A stretch of DNA of 61,119 nucleotides, filler included, from a bacterium (GTDB lineage Bacteria; JAJRZV01), in NCBI GenBank assembly GCA_024275095.1. It is 8 parts of 8 records of this genome, joined end to end, with 100 filler letters (N's around TTAATTAATTAA, not from the genome) between each part and the next. Parts side by side here need not be neighbours in the genome. Positions count along the whole stretch, not along the records: positions 8,296 to 16,065 come from JAJRZV010000009.1; positions 16,166 to 20,010 come from JAJRZV010000114.1; 6 more parts are not named here. One strand, written 5' to 3'. The notes under the pieces are model-generated. The model was not told where the DNA came from, ran no database searches, and saw only the letters and a list, made by a program, of their open reading frames with translations. This document shows, in pieces, positions 9,580 to 19,254 of the stretch; position 1 is the stretch's first letter; each line of letters begins with the position of its first letter. The position numbers and the translations under genes are program-made.

Positions 9580-10363
9580 ACTCACAAGGCGTGTAGTCAC
9601 TGCAATTGTTGCAATTCCACTGTTACTGGTCCTGTTGTGGCTTGGAGGGTACTACTTTATTGGTCTGCTGGCGGTGCTTTCTTTTATTTTTTTTAAAGAG
9701 GCCAACAACCTTGCCCAAAAGTCAGGTGGCGGATTCGCGCATCTTCTCTGCTGGGTTATGGTATGCATGGTGATGGTTGGTATGCACATGAGAATTGAAA
9801 TTACGCTTTTTTACATTTGGGGAGCTTTTTTCATTATTCTTTCTACGGCACTTTTCAAGTCATCCCCCTACTACGCTCTTGTACACGGTGTGTTCTACTA
9901 CCTTTACGGAGCCCTGGGATTTGGTCATGCCGTGTTGATGAGGGACGCCGACGAGGGCTTGTTGTGGTTGATATACGTCCTTGCTGCCACTTTTATGGCG
10001 GATACGGGTGCTTATTTTGCAGGCAAAGCTTTTGGCAGGCACAAACTCGCTCCATCAATTTCTCCGGGTAAATCGTGGGAAGGCGTGGCTGGAGGTGTTA
10101 TTCTTTCTTATATAACCATGATTGTGGCGGTATTTCTCTTCAGGGGGCGATGGGAATTGGTGTGGACGTTGATTTTTGCAGTCTTAATCACATTTGCAGG
10201 ACTTGCCGGTGATCTTGCAGAATCTGCTATCAAAAGGCGTGCAGGCGTAAAGGATTCGGGCACGTTTTTCCCGGGGCACGGTGGTGTCATGGATCGGGTG
10301 GATAGCCTTATGGTGAACATTCCACTGGCTTATTACTTTTTCAGGCTTGCCGGAGTAATGTAA
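9569..10363 (+). CDS. cdsA: Phosphatidate cytidylyltransferase
   Basis: DTGAYFAG, SPGKSWEG and GDLAESAIKRRAGVKDSG...PGHGGVMDRVDS motifs. Confidence 0.96.
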   Translation: MRSELTRRVVTAIVAIPLLLVLLWLGGYYFIGLLAVLSFIFFKEANNLAQKSGGGFAHLLCWVMVCMVMVGMHMRIEITLFYIWGAFFIILSTALFKSSPYYALVHGVFYYLYGALGFGHAVLMRDADEGLLWLIYVLAATFMADTGAYFAGKAFGRHKLAPSISPGKSWEGVAGGVILSYITMIVAVFLFRGRWELVWTLIFAVLITFAGLAGDLAESAIKRRAGVKDSGTFFPGHGGVMDRVDSLMVNIPLAYYFFRLAGVM

Positions 10364-10365
10364 GT

Positions 10366-11505
10366 ATGAGTCTTGTTGGAAATCTGGAAGACCTCGGACT
10401 TGCGGAAATTCTTCAGATCATTAACCTCAGTCGCAAGTCCGGTTTGCTCAACATCGAAAATGAAGGGAAAAGTTATGTTATCGTGTTCAGGAACGGTCAG
10501 GTGATCTCTGCGTATGAGAAGGACTCAAAGCGCCATCTGGGTCACGCGGTGATTGAGAGAGATATTATGACCATCGAGGAGTTCAATGAACTGGCACGAA
10601 TGTTTAAGGAAAAAGGACAGAAGAACGAAACGCTTAAAGAATTTATCATCCGTAAATCGGATGTGCCGCGTGAACTTATAGAGGATGCTGTGGTTGAAGA
10701 GGTAGAGGAGATTGTTTTCAAAGTCTTCAGTTTCAAGGAAGGAAAGTTTTCATTTGAACTGATAGAGGACGACCGGGAGATCTTCCAAAAGATACCCAAA
10801 GGAATTCCGTACCTGGATTCGGGACTTAACCCTCAGTACCTGGCAATGGAAGCCGTTCGAATTCGAGAAGAGGCTTTTCGTGGTATAGGAGAGCCGGAAA
10901 AAGCCCGGAAAGAAGGAAGCGGTGAGGAGAAATACGAGCGGCTGGAGTTCAGTGAACTTGACTCTTACGATTTCAGCGGGGACATGGGGTATGACCAGTG
11001 GTCCCTCCTGCGGTCTTTTATCTACGAACTCGCACTTCCGGGAGGCTCAGCCGATGTCAGCCTCATGGTACTTCGGTTCGCAGGAGAGATGTTCAGACGA
11101 GCTGTAATATTCGCCGTTCGAAGAGAGAAGTTTATCGGTGTGGGTGCAGTGGCTGAGGGGGATTCCGGAGTAGACCCGGAAGGGGTGAAAAAGATCGTTA
11201 TCGGCCTGGGCGAGGAATCCATACTCAAAGATGCGTATGTTCAGAAGAGGCCTGTAAAGCGCCGGTTACTGGAAAGCGGCGGGGATCGAATGCTCATACA
11301 GGCACTTGGAGGTTATGAACCTGCAGAGTCCTATGCAGCACCTCTTATAGTGGCAGGAAGGGTTGCTGCCGTTATTTACTGCGATAATGCCCCAGATACC
11401 AAGGAGGTTGGTGATACAAGCGCTCTTGAGGTTTTTATGTTGCAAGCAGGACTTGTGATGGAGAAAATGTTACTGGAGAAAAAAATTAAAGAAAAACTTC
11501 AATAA
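10366..11505 (+). CDS. DUF4388 (PATAN-like) plus C-terminal GAF-like domain protein
   Basis: N-terminus MSLVGNLEDLGLAEILQII..SRKSGLL; C-terminal APLIVAGRVAAVIYCDN. Confidence 0.85.
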   Translation: MSLVGNLEDLGLAEILQIINLSRKSGLLNIENEGKSYVIVFRNGQVISAYEKDSKRHLGHAVIERDIMTIEEFNELARMFKEKGQKNETLKEFIIRKSDVPRELIEDAVVEEVEEIVFKVFSFKEGKFSFELIEDDREIFQKIPKGIPYLDSGLNPQYLAMEAVRIREEAFRGIGEPEKARKEGSGEEKYERLEFSELDSYDFSGDMGYDQWSLLRSFIYELALPGGSADVSLMVLRFAGEMFRRAVIFAVRREKFIGVGAVAEGDSGVDPEGVKKIVIGLGEESILKDAYVQKRPVKRRLLESGGDRMLIQALGGYEPAESYAAPLIVAGRVAAVIYCDNAPDTKEVGDTSALEVFMLQAGLVMEKMLLEKKIKEKLQ

Positions 11506-11519
11506 ATCCAGGTGGGGAG

Positions 11520-11903
11520 GTGGAGAGGAAGAAAAAAGTGCTTGTTGTCGAAGATTCCCGGATTACTCGAGACCTCATTGTGGCGACTATTGAGGAAGGG
11601 ACGGGAGCTCAGGTCGTGCAGGCCGAAAACGGTTTTCGCGCTTTAAAGTTGATTCCTGCGGAAGGCCCTTTCGACCTGATGGTATTCGACATTAATATGC
11701 CCGATATCAACGGGCTCGAGTTGGTACGTTTCGTCAGAGAAAGTGAGCATCTGAGGGACGTGCCAGTGATTATCGTTTCCACCGAAGGTAAAAAAAGCGA
11801 TATCCAGCGGGGTTTCCAGGCAGGAGCTGACGATTATATCGTGAAGCCCTTTTCCACGGAGCAGCTTTTGAATGTAGTGAAAAAATACCTTGGGAACAGG
11901 TAA
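11520..11903 (+). CDS. Single-domain response regulator, CheY-like
   Basis: VVEDS, DINMPDING and YIVKPF receiver motifs. Confidence 0.93.
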   Translation: MERKKKVLVVEDSRITRDLIVATIEEGTGAQVVQAENGFRALKLIPAEGPFDLMVFDINMPDINGLELVRFVRESEHLRDVPVIIVSTEGKKSDIQRGFQAGADDYIVKPFSTEQLLNVVKKYLGNR

Positions 11904-13909
11904 TGTCGGACCCGTTAGACAGTGCATACAAGGAATTTATTGCTGAATGTGAAGAGCATATAGAGGAACTTTACCGGAACATAGATGAACTCGAGTCTGC
12001 CGTTAGCGGGGGCAAGCGAATCGACCCCGATGTATTGAATGCAATGTTCAGGGCTGCCCATTCCCTCAAGGGCGTTTCCGGAATGTTCGGGTTTGAAACG
12101 CTCAGTAAACTCAGCCACGATCTGGAGAACATTCTTGATGAGTTGCGTCTGGGTAAGAGGCAGGCAACCCAAACGTTTATCGGCCATCTTTACGATGCAG
12201 TGGATGCTTTGAGGAAAATACTTGCAGCGGGGAAGGAGGATGCGCTTTCGGACGAGGTGCGGCGCGAGGCAGTGAACATAATAGATCAGCTCATGAAAAC
12301 ACGGGAAGAAGAGTCCCCCAAAGGCATAGAAGAATCGGGTTATGACGTGCCCGAACGAATTGTATCTGTAATGACTGAATACGAAGAACACCGCCTCAGG
12401 GAAAACATGCGCATGGGGATGAACCTCTATCTTCTTAAGGCGGTGTTTGACCTCGAGGATTTTGACGAGAGGCTGAACCTTCTCAACGAACGGATCAAGC
12501 AGGACGGGGGCGAGGTGATATCCACACTTCCCAGTGCTGATGAAGTGGAGCCTGGAAAGATTAAATTTGAATTGCTTGTGGGTACAGAGAGTGCTCTGGA
12601 AGAGGTTAAAAAGAAACTATCGGATTTTAAAATTGAAATAGAAGAGCTGAAAAAGAAGGCAGAGGTTCCACCTGCCCCTGCCCCCCCGGTTGAAGAGAAG
12701 CCTCCGCCTCCTCCCACAGAAACACCCGTGCATACAACCCAGTTTTTGAGAGTAGAGATCTACAGGCTTGATGAAATTATGAATGTAGTCGGTGAGTTGT
12801 TTCTTGCAAGAACAGCAGTGGGACGCCTGCTGGAGAGGTGGAAAAGAGAAGGGAAAGATACCGAGGATATACTCGAGCTTGAGCGTATTGAGAGAAGCAT
12901 GGAAAGAAACCTCAACGATTTGCGCGAGCGCATAATGGAAATTCGCATGATACCGGTGAAATCACTTTTTGATCGGGTTACGCGTGCAGTCAAGAAGATT
13001 GCGAGAGAGATGAAAAAGGACATCGTTATTGAATATTCAGGTGAAGAGACAAAACTGGATAAGTTCATCATAGAGGAACTTATGGACCCCCTCATGCATA
13101 TCATCAGGAACTCCATTGACCATGGATTGGAATCGCCTGAAGAACGCATGCTGGCCGGAAAACCAGAAACAGGCCGTATTTCCCTTCTTGCATATCAAAA
13201 AGGCAATCACGTGGTAATTGAAGTGGAGGATGACGGTCGAGGTATCGACGTGGAAAAGATTAGAGCCAAAGCAGTGGAAAAAGGGCTCATAGGGCGTGGG
13301 GAGGTTATCTCGGAGGAGGAATTGCTTAACCTTATATTCATGCCGGGATTCAGCACCAAGGATGAGGTAAGCATGATTTCCGGGCGGGGAGTGGGTCTTG
13401 ATGTGGTGGCGGATAAGATAAAGGGTCTTCGGGGTATTGTGGAGGTAAAGACGAAGAAAGGTGAAATGACGCGTTTCGTACTTACCCTGCCCATGACATT
13501 GGCCATTATTCAGGCCCTTCTCATCAAGATCGGGGAAAGGGAGTTCGGTATTCCTATTACGGCTGTTCATGAGACCATTGAATATGAAAGTTCCATACTT
13601 CGAGCCGTGGAAGGTAGGGAGGTGGTTTTGCTCAGGGATGAAACCATTCCCATACTGAATCTGGAGCAAATGTTTTCTTTTTCAACAGATGGCTATGAGC
13701 CCCGATTTCTCATTATTACAGGAATGGGAGACCGTAAGGTGGGCATCCCTGTAACCGACCTTATAGGTCGCAGTGATGTAGTGATTAAAAGTCTGGGTGG
13801 AGTGTTCAAAAATTTGAAGGGAATCGCAGGAGCTGCTGATCTGGGAGAGGATCGGATTGTCCTGATCCTGGATGTAACCTCGTTGCTGGAAGAAGTGGTG
13901 AGGGTGTGA
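11903..13909 (+). CDS. cheA: Chemotaxis histidine kinase CheA
   Basis: HPt FRAAHSLKG, HIIRNSIDHG, DDGRG, GFST..SGRGVGLDVV, and a C-terminal CheW domain. Confidence 0.97.
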   Translation: MSDPLDSAYKEFIAECEEHIEELYRNIDELESAVSGGKRIDPDVLNAMFRAAHSLKGVSGMFGFETLSKLSHDLENILDELRLGKRQATQTFIGHLYDAVDALRKILAAGKEDALSDEVRREAVNIIDQLMKTREEESPKGIEESGYDVPERIVSVMTEYEEHRLRENMRMGMNLYLLKAVFDLEDFDERLNLLNERIKQDGGEVISTLPSADEVEPGKIKFELLVGTESALEEVKKKLSDFKIEIEELKKKAEVPPAPAPPVEEKPPPPPTETPVHTTQFLRVEIYRLDEIMNVVGELFLARTAVGRLLERWKREGKDTEDILELERIERSMERNLNDLRERIMEIRMIPVKSLFDRVTRAVKKIAREMKKDIVIEYSGEETKLDKFIIEELMDPLMHIIRNSIDHGLESPEERMLAGKPETGRISLLAYQKGNHVVIEVEDDGRGIDVEKIRAKAVEKGLIGRGEVISEEELLNLIFMPGFSTKDEVSMISGRGVGLDVVADKIKGLRGIVEVKTKKGEMTRFVLTLPMTLAIIQALLIKIGEREFGIPITAVHETIEYESSILRAVEGREVVLLRDETIPILNLEQMFSFSTDGYEPRFLIITGMGDRKVGIPVTDLIGRSDVVIKSLGGVFKNLKGIAGAADLGEDRIVLILDVTSLLEEVVRV

Positions 13910-14721
13910 ATATGTATGAAAGTTTTTACGGACTTGATGCCAAGCCTTTCTCCAAAACTCCCGACCCTGAATTTCTCTACATGAGCAAACAGCATGCGGA
14001 AGCTCTTGCACGTCTGCAATTCGCAGCCGAAGAGAAGGAAATCATGGTTCTTACCGGTGAAATAGGAACGGGGAAGACGACTCTTTCAAGGGCTCTGTTT
14101 GATTCCCTGGGGGATTCGTATAAAAAGATTCTCATCATCAATCCAGTACTTTCTCCATACCAGTTTTTAAGGGTGCTCGCCAGGCGTCTGGGTGTTTCTC
14201 AGCTTCCGAGGTCGAGAAGTGAACTGTCAGAAAAAATTCAGGAGGCTTTTTTCGAATTTTTTGAACAGGGAATCACGCCAGTTATTGTAGTGGACGAGGC
14301 ACAACTCATACCTGGTAAACCTACTTTTGATGAGATACGCCTGCTCACCAATTTTCAGCTGGATGATACGAACCTCTTTTGTTTGATTCTTGTCGGACAG
14401 CCGGAACTCAACCGGAGGTTAAGGCACCCTGCATACCGGGCACTCAGCCAGCGTTTCGGCCTCCGTTTTCACCTTGATCCTCTGAGCCTTGATGAGACGC
14501 GGGAATACATCAAGTTTCGCTTGGAGAAAGCAGGGGGCACGCTGGATGTTTTTTCTGAAAACGCTGTGGAACTGATTTATAAATATTCCGGGGGTATTCC
14601 CAGGGTCATCAACAACATTGCATCCGCATGCCTCATAGAAGGTTTTGCTCGAGAGGAGAGAGTAATATCTCCTGACGTGGTTGAAGATGTTGTTTCAGAT
14701 CTTGGGCTGAAAGAGGATTGA
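13906..14721 (+). CDS. ExeA/GspA-type AAA ATPase (ATPase domain only)
   Basis: MYESFYGL..KPFS.TPDP, GEIGTGKTT, VDEAQ, LVGQPEL and SGGIPRVIN motifs. Confidence 0.93.
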   Translation: MNMYESFYGLDAKPFSKTPDPEFLYMSKQHAEALARLQFAAEEKEIMVLTGEIGTGKTTLSRALFDSLGDSYKKILIINPVLSPYQFLRVLARRLGVSQLPRSRSELSEKIQEAFFEFFEQGITPVIVVDEAQLIPGKPTFDEIRLLTNFQLDDTNLFCLILVGQPELNRRLRHPAYRALSQRFGLRFHLDPLSLDETREYIKFRLEKAGGTLDVFSENAVELIYKYSGGIPRVINNIASACLIEGFAREERVISPDVVEDVVSDLGLKED

Positions 14722-15569
14722 GCATGGATATTCTCGAAGCAAGGAAAAAGGCTAAGACAAAAAGCAGGGGTAAAGGCGTTAAAAAGCGTCGTAAGAAAAT
14801 TCAACCTGAAGAGAAGAAGCCGGCTAAGAAGGACGAAATTAAGGATGCTATTCTCGAAGCCTCTCAGGACCTTGCAGTAATGGAGGAGGGTCTGGAAAAA
14901 ATTGAGGAGAGGGAGGAAGAAAAGGCATTGATTGAAGCGCTGGAAGGGAAAGTTGAAGACGAATCCTCTGGAGAAACGGTTGAAGAGAAAGTGGAAATGG
15001 ATCAGCAGGTGTTTCAGGAAACAGAGAAGAAGGAAGAAGACGCAGAACTTTCATTTGCCGATGTGGCCGCGGCTGAGCTCCTCAAGCAGGCCGAGGCGCA
15101 GAAGGCCCTTGGGGAAGAGGTGCAATTTCTGGCCTTCCGACTGGGGAAAGAATTCTTCGCTGTTGAGATTCACCACATTCGTGAAATTGTAAAACCGAGG
15201 AGTATCACCCCTGTACCGGGTGTTTCAGAACATATACTTGGAATTACATCCGTACGAGGCAATATCATGCCTGTTGTCGATGTGGGTTACAGGATAGGGA
15301 TGTTTGATTCACTTTACGATCCCGGGAATTGGGATAAAAAAACACGGTTTGTTATTTTCAATTTTGACAGGGTTCTTGTGAGCATGGTGGTACAGGAGGT
15401 TGCAGGGGTTATAAAAGCTTTTGAGGAAGAGGTCGAACCAGTGCCTCCTACAGTTACCGGGCCCGCATCAGAATATCTTGTAGGCATTATAAGGCGTGAC
15501 TCTGACATCTATACTGTTATCAGTATAAGAGAGGTGTTTGATTTTCTTTTCAAGGCTGAGGGTGATTGA
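14718..15569 (+). CDS. cheW: CheW domain protein with a long charged N-terminal extension
   Basis: FLAFRLGKEFFAV...ITPVPG...GITSVRGNIMPVVD; about 130 Lys/Glu-rich residues precede it. Confidence 0.9.
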   Translation: MSMDILEARKKAKTKSRGKGVKKRRKKIQPEEKKPAKKDEIKDAILEASQDLAVMEEGLEKIEEREEEKALIEALEGKVEDESSGETVEEKVEMDQQVFQETEKKEEDAELSFADVAAAELLKQAEAQKALGEEVQFLAFRLGKEFFAVEIHHIREIVKPRSITPVPGVSEHILGITSVRGNIMPVVDVGYRIGMFDSLYDPGNWDKKTRFVIFNFDRVLVSMVVQEVAGVIKAFEEEVEPVPPTVTGPASEYLVGIIRRDSDIYTVISIREVFDFLFKAEGD

Positions 15570-15570
15570 A

Positions 15571-16065
15571 GTGGCTGAGTTTGTAGAGTACAGAGTTGAT
15601 GGAGTTCATTTCGCCATAGATATAATGGAAGTGTTTGAAATCATTATGCCTCCGGAAAACGTTATACCCGTTCCCCAGGCACCATCGTACGTAAAAGGAC
15701 TTTACGATTTGCGGGGTACAGTCATTCCCATTGTGGATATGAGATTAAAGCTGGGTATTGAAGCTTCTCCTCTTACCAAAAAAGCGAGGGTACTCGTGGC
15801 CAGAGTGGGAGAGAAGCCCATGGGAATATTGGTGGATGAGGCTTCCCGGATTCTTCGAGTCTCAAATGAGGCAGTAAAACCTCCTCCAGAGGTGTTCGTT
15901 GAGGCCCAGGAAGGCGCATTTATGAAAGGAGTGCTCAGGGATGCCGGTAGACTTGTTTTAATTCTTGATCATTCTCGCGTTTTCAAAGAGAGGGCTGTTA
16001 TAGCTCTTGAGGAATTAAAGAAAGGTATAGAGGAGGTAAAAACCAGCAAAACAAAATCCAAGAAA
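15571..16065 (+). CDS. cheW: CheW domain protein (3' truncated)
   Basis: PVPQAPSYVKGLYDLRGTVIPIVDMR; start placed at GTG 15571. Confidence 0.9.
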
Positions 16066-16165
16066 NNNNNNNNNNNNNNNNNNNNNNNNNNNNNNNNNNN
16101 NNNNNNNNNTTAATTAATTAANNNNNNNNNNNNNNNNNNNNNNNNNNNNNNNNNNNNNNNNNNNN
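16066..16165. other. Artificial contig spacer
   Basis: N run with TTAATTAATTAA linker. Confidence 0.99.
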
Positions 16166-16480
16166 AGATTTTATGTGCTCAAGGTTGTTCGAAAACCGGG
16201 TGCAGAGATCGGATACGGCGGAATTGTTCTTTACATTGATAAGGAGAAATTCACCATTCACCGCCTGGAATACCTCGATGAAGACCTGAAGCCGGTAAAA
16301 ATTGAACCCCGTGAGGACTGGAGGCCGGTGGAAGGACGTTAAAGCCCCACTCGCGTGGAGGTCAGAAACCTTCAGAACGGCCATCGCACGGAAGTGATCT
16401 TTTCGGACATTCACTATGATGTAAAGCTTCCGGGTGATTTCTTTTCCAAGCGAACCCTCATGTCAGAGAGGATGCGATGA
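16166..16480 (+). CDS. LolA-like outer membrane lipoprotein-sorting protein, C-terminal part, with an in-frame TAA at 16340
   Basis: Hand translation RFYVLKVVRK..YGGIVLYIDKEKF...VEGR*SPTRVEVRNLQNGHRTEVIFSDIHYDVKLPGDFFSKRTL; ATGA overlap with the next gene. Confidence 0.75.
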
Positions 16481-17850
16481 TGAAAAGGTTAGTGCTTACA
16501 ATGCTCGTTTTTATCTGCGCTTCTACAGCAACGGGAGATATAAGAGGAGAGGTCAAGTCTTACTGGCGCGTGCAAACCGATACAAGGGCTCGTATATCGT
16601 GGAATGAAGAGACCCTCGCGCTCACTTACAACACCTCCTACGGTCAGGTAGGAGCCGTTGCTGACGGAGAACTTTCTTTTCTCGGTGTATCTCAAACCCA
16701 TTCCATGGAGGACCTGTTATATCTTGAGCGGATAGACCCCTTTCGCATCCGTCTTAACGATCTGTTCGTGCTGATCAACGATTTTCCATATTCTGGGGCG
16801 TACCTCAAAGTTGGACGACAAATTCGCAAATGGGGTTCTGCTGACGCCTTTAACCCGACAGATTTGCTCAATCCCTATACGCTTGAAGATCCACTGGATT
16901 TTGGTGAGTCCATGGGTAACGAAATGATCGTGCTGAGCCTTCCATTGTTTGATGACTTTGCATTAGAGATGGCTTATATTCCGTACTTCCGCCCCGCGCA
17001 GCTTCCTGAATCGGCACTCAAAGCTGTGGTTGACTCTCCACAAACGCCGCGTCCTCTTAAAGAGTACCGTGAGAAGTTTGCGCCTTTAGAAAAGACGCTG
17101 GGAATTCAGATTGGTGATGTGAACACCCGCGTAAACCTTCCCGCACGGGATCTGAGCAATTCCATGGTAGGTGTACGTCTTTCGGGAAATATCATGGGTG
17201 TGGACATTGCTGTTTCATACTTCCGGGGTTATGAAGATATGCCTTATCCTGATGACCTCTCTTTTGTACTCTCTACCGCCGGGACTTCCCCGGTTGTTAC
17301 TGTATATGCAAATCTCCGGTATCCACGCATTCAGGCCCTGGGATTTGACATGGCCACGTCACTTGAGTTTCTCGATGGGATGGGCCTGTGGGTGGAAGGC
17401 GCGCTGTATTTTCCGGAGAGTTATACCATCACAGTGCTTAACAAAGGAGTTTCCCTTTTAGAAGGAGCAGAAGTAATGACTCTTCTCAGTGAGAACTACT
17501 GGAAGCTTACTGCGGGCATAGACTACACCTTTCCTGGAGGTACATACATTAATGTTCAATTCCTTCACGGTTTTTTTGATGAAATCGGCAAGGATGTGCT
17601 GAAAAACTACATTTTTGTGATAGGAGAGCATTCCTTCTGGGCCGACCGCATTCGCTTTCGCCTCACGGGTGGCTACTGCATTTCTGACAACTCAAGTGTG
17701 CTGTTGCCCGAAGTTTCATTTTTCATAGAAGATGCTGTGGAAATAAGAGCCGGGACATTTCTTCTTCAGGGAGACAAAACCAATTCAAAATTTGGTCATC
17801 CTTCAGCAGGAGGTGATCAGGCATTTCTCAGCGTGGCATACCGTTTTTGA
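16477..17850 (+). CDS. Outer membrane beta-barrel protein, DUF1302-like
   Basis: Signal peptide, GRQIRKWGSADAFNPTDLLNP motif, C-terminal VAYRF. Confidence 0.75.
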   Translation: MMKRLVLTMLVFICASTATGDIRGEVKSYWRVQTDTRARISWNEETLALTYNTSYGQVGAVADGELSFLGVSQTHSMEDLLYLERIDPFRIRLNDLFVLINDFPYSGAYLKVGRQIRKWGSADAFNPTDLLNPYTLEDPLDFGESMGNEMIVLSLPLFDDFALEMAYIPYFRPAQLPESALKAVVDSPQTPRPLKEYREKFAPLEKTLGIQIGDVNTRVNLPARDLSNSMVGVRLSGNIMGVDIAVSYFRGYEDMPYPDDLSFVLSTAGTSPVVTVYANLRYPRIQALGFDMATSLEFLDGMGLWVEGALYFPESYTITVLNKGVSLLEGAEVMTLLSENYWKLTAGIDYTFPGGTYINVQFLHGFFDEIGKDVLKNYIFVIGEHSFWADRIRFRLTGGYCISDNSSVLLPEVSFFIEDAVEIRAGTFLLQGDKTNSKFGHPSAGGDQAFLSVAYRF

Positions 17851-17883
17851 GGAACACAGACAGGAGAAGAGTCGAGGGAAGTT

Positions 17884-18864
17884 TTGTAAGGTACTATATG
17901 TATTACAGGAGGGGGTGGATTTATGGGGCGCCACCTGGTGTCCCGCTTTGCCAGAGAAGGCTGGAGTGTAATAGCCTTTGATTTGCCGGGATGTATTTCT
18001 CCGGAAACAGCAGAGCTGTGTGCGCGGGTGATGGAAGGAAATGTTTTAAACGGTGACGACTGTAAAAAGGCGTGTGGAAATGCAGAAGTCATTATCCATG
18101 CTGCAGCTCTCCTGCGAGATTGGGATGATAAAGGTCAGACCTGGCGGGTGAATGTAGAAGGCACGGAAAACATGCTTACAGCAGCTGTTGATGCAGGCAT
18201 AAAGCGCTTTATATTAATTTCCTCTCTCGCTGTACACAGGTACAGAAGCCTTGATCCCGCAGGAGACGAGTCATTACCGCGGGATGCTGTGCGACCTTCT
18301 TATGCTCTCAGCAAAATAAGAGCAGAGGAACTGGTGGAGCAGAGTTCACTTCAATGGTACATAGTCCGTCCCGGGCTGGTTCCCTTTGGTCCTCATGACA
18401 AGACTTTTAGCTGGAAGGTGCTCGCTCAACTTCAAAAAGGCTGGATGCCCCTTGTTGGTTCTGGTGATTACAGAATCTGCACGGCCTATGTGGAAAATTT
18501 TGTGGACGCACTTTTTCGCCTTGTTTCCTTTAAATTGCCTTCCGACATTTACATTATTGCAGACCCGTGGGAGCTTACCTGGAGGCAGCTTTTTCGGTTG
18601 TTTGCAGATGAGTTGAACGTGCAGGTGAAATATTTCTCCATTCCTGCGGGTGCAGCGAAGATACTCTCGCGGGTGATAGAAAAGACGTGGAACCGATTTT
18701 CTGCATCCGAGCCACCTCTTACAGAATACCGAGTAGATGTGGCATCAAATCATCTTTATTTTACCTCTGCCAGACTACAAAGCCGCTTGCAATGGGCCCC
18801 TCCTGTTGATTTGAAAGAAGGTGTCAGGCGGACTGTATCCTGGTTTCTCTCCTCTTACGGGTGA
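17884..18864 (+). CDS. NAD-dependent epimerase / 3-beta-hydroxysteroid dehydrogenase-like SDR
   Basis: YALSK catalytic motif, VNVEGT, IVRPG. The Rossmann motif ITGGGGFMG lies upstream of the tracked ATG; likely start TTG 17884 is followed by an in-frame TAA at 17887. Confidence 0.85.
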
Positions 18865-19175
18865 GAGTGAACGTTTGCGCTCTTCATGATCGGCAGGGTT
18901 ATTGTGGTTTTACACGCCGGGCAATTGAACAGAAAGAGATACTCCTCGGGCGTGCTCATAATTCCCACGAAAGGGACCACAGACCACAACTCAGCCTCGG
19001 AAAACTCCTTGCCGCACGAACACGTTTTAACGGTGCGAAACGAAACCTTTCGCCACATCAGCCATTTGCACTTTTGCCTGGGGGTGGATACAAGCTTGAC
19101 AATCTGCCACCCTGCGCATAAAAACGCTTCCCGGTATTTTTCCTCAACTTCCAGATAGACGGCGAGCTCTTCCAT
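18855..19175 (-). CDS. Hypothetical protein with CxC...CxxC putative zinc site
   Basis: KTCSCGKEF...FNCPACKTT; start at ATG 19175 is inferred. Confidence 0.55.
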   Translation of the reverse strand: MEELAVYLEVEEKYREAFLCAGWQIVKLVSTPRQKCKWLMWRKVSFRTVKTCSCGKEFSEAELWSVVPFVGIMSTPEEYLFLFNCPACKTTITLPIMKSANVHSHP

Positions 19176-19182
19176 GGAACAA

Positions 19183-19202
19183 TTATGGCAAATATGCAAT
19201 AA
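19183..19202. promoter_or_regulatory. Candidate operator palindrome
   Basis: TTATGGCA-AATA-TGCAATAA (7/8 arm match) between divergent genes. Confidence 0.35.
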
Positions 19203-19254
19203 AATTGAAAGCAATTATATAAACACCTGCCATTGAAGCGGGGGGGTTAAATGT

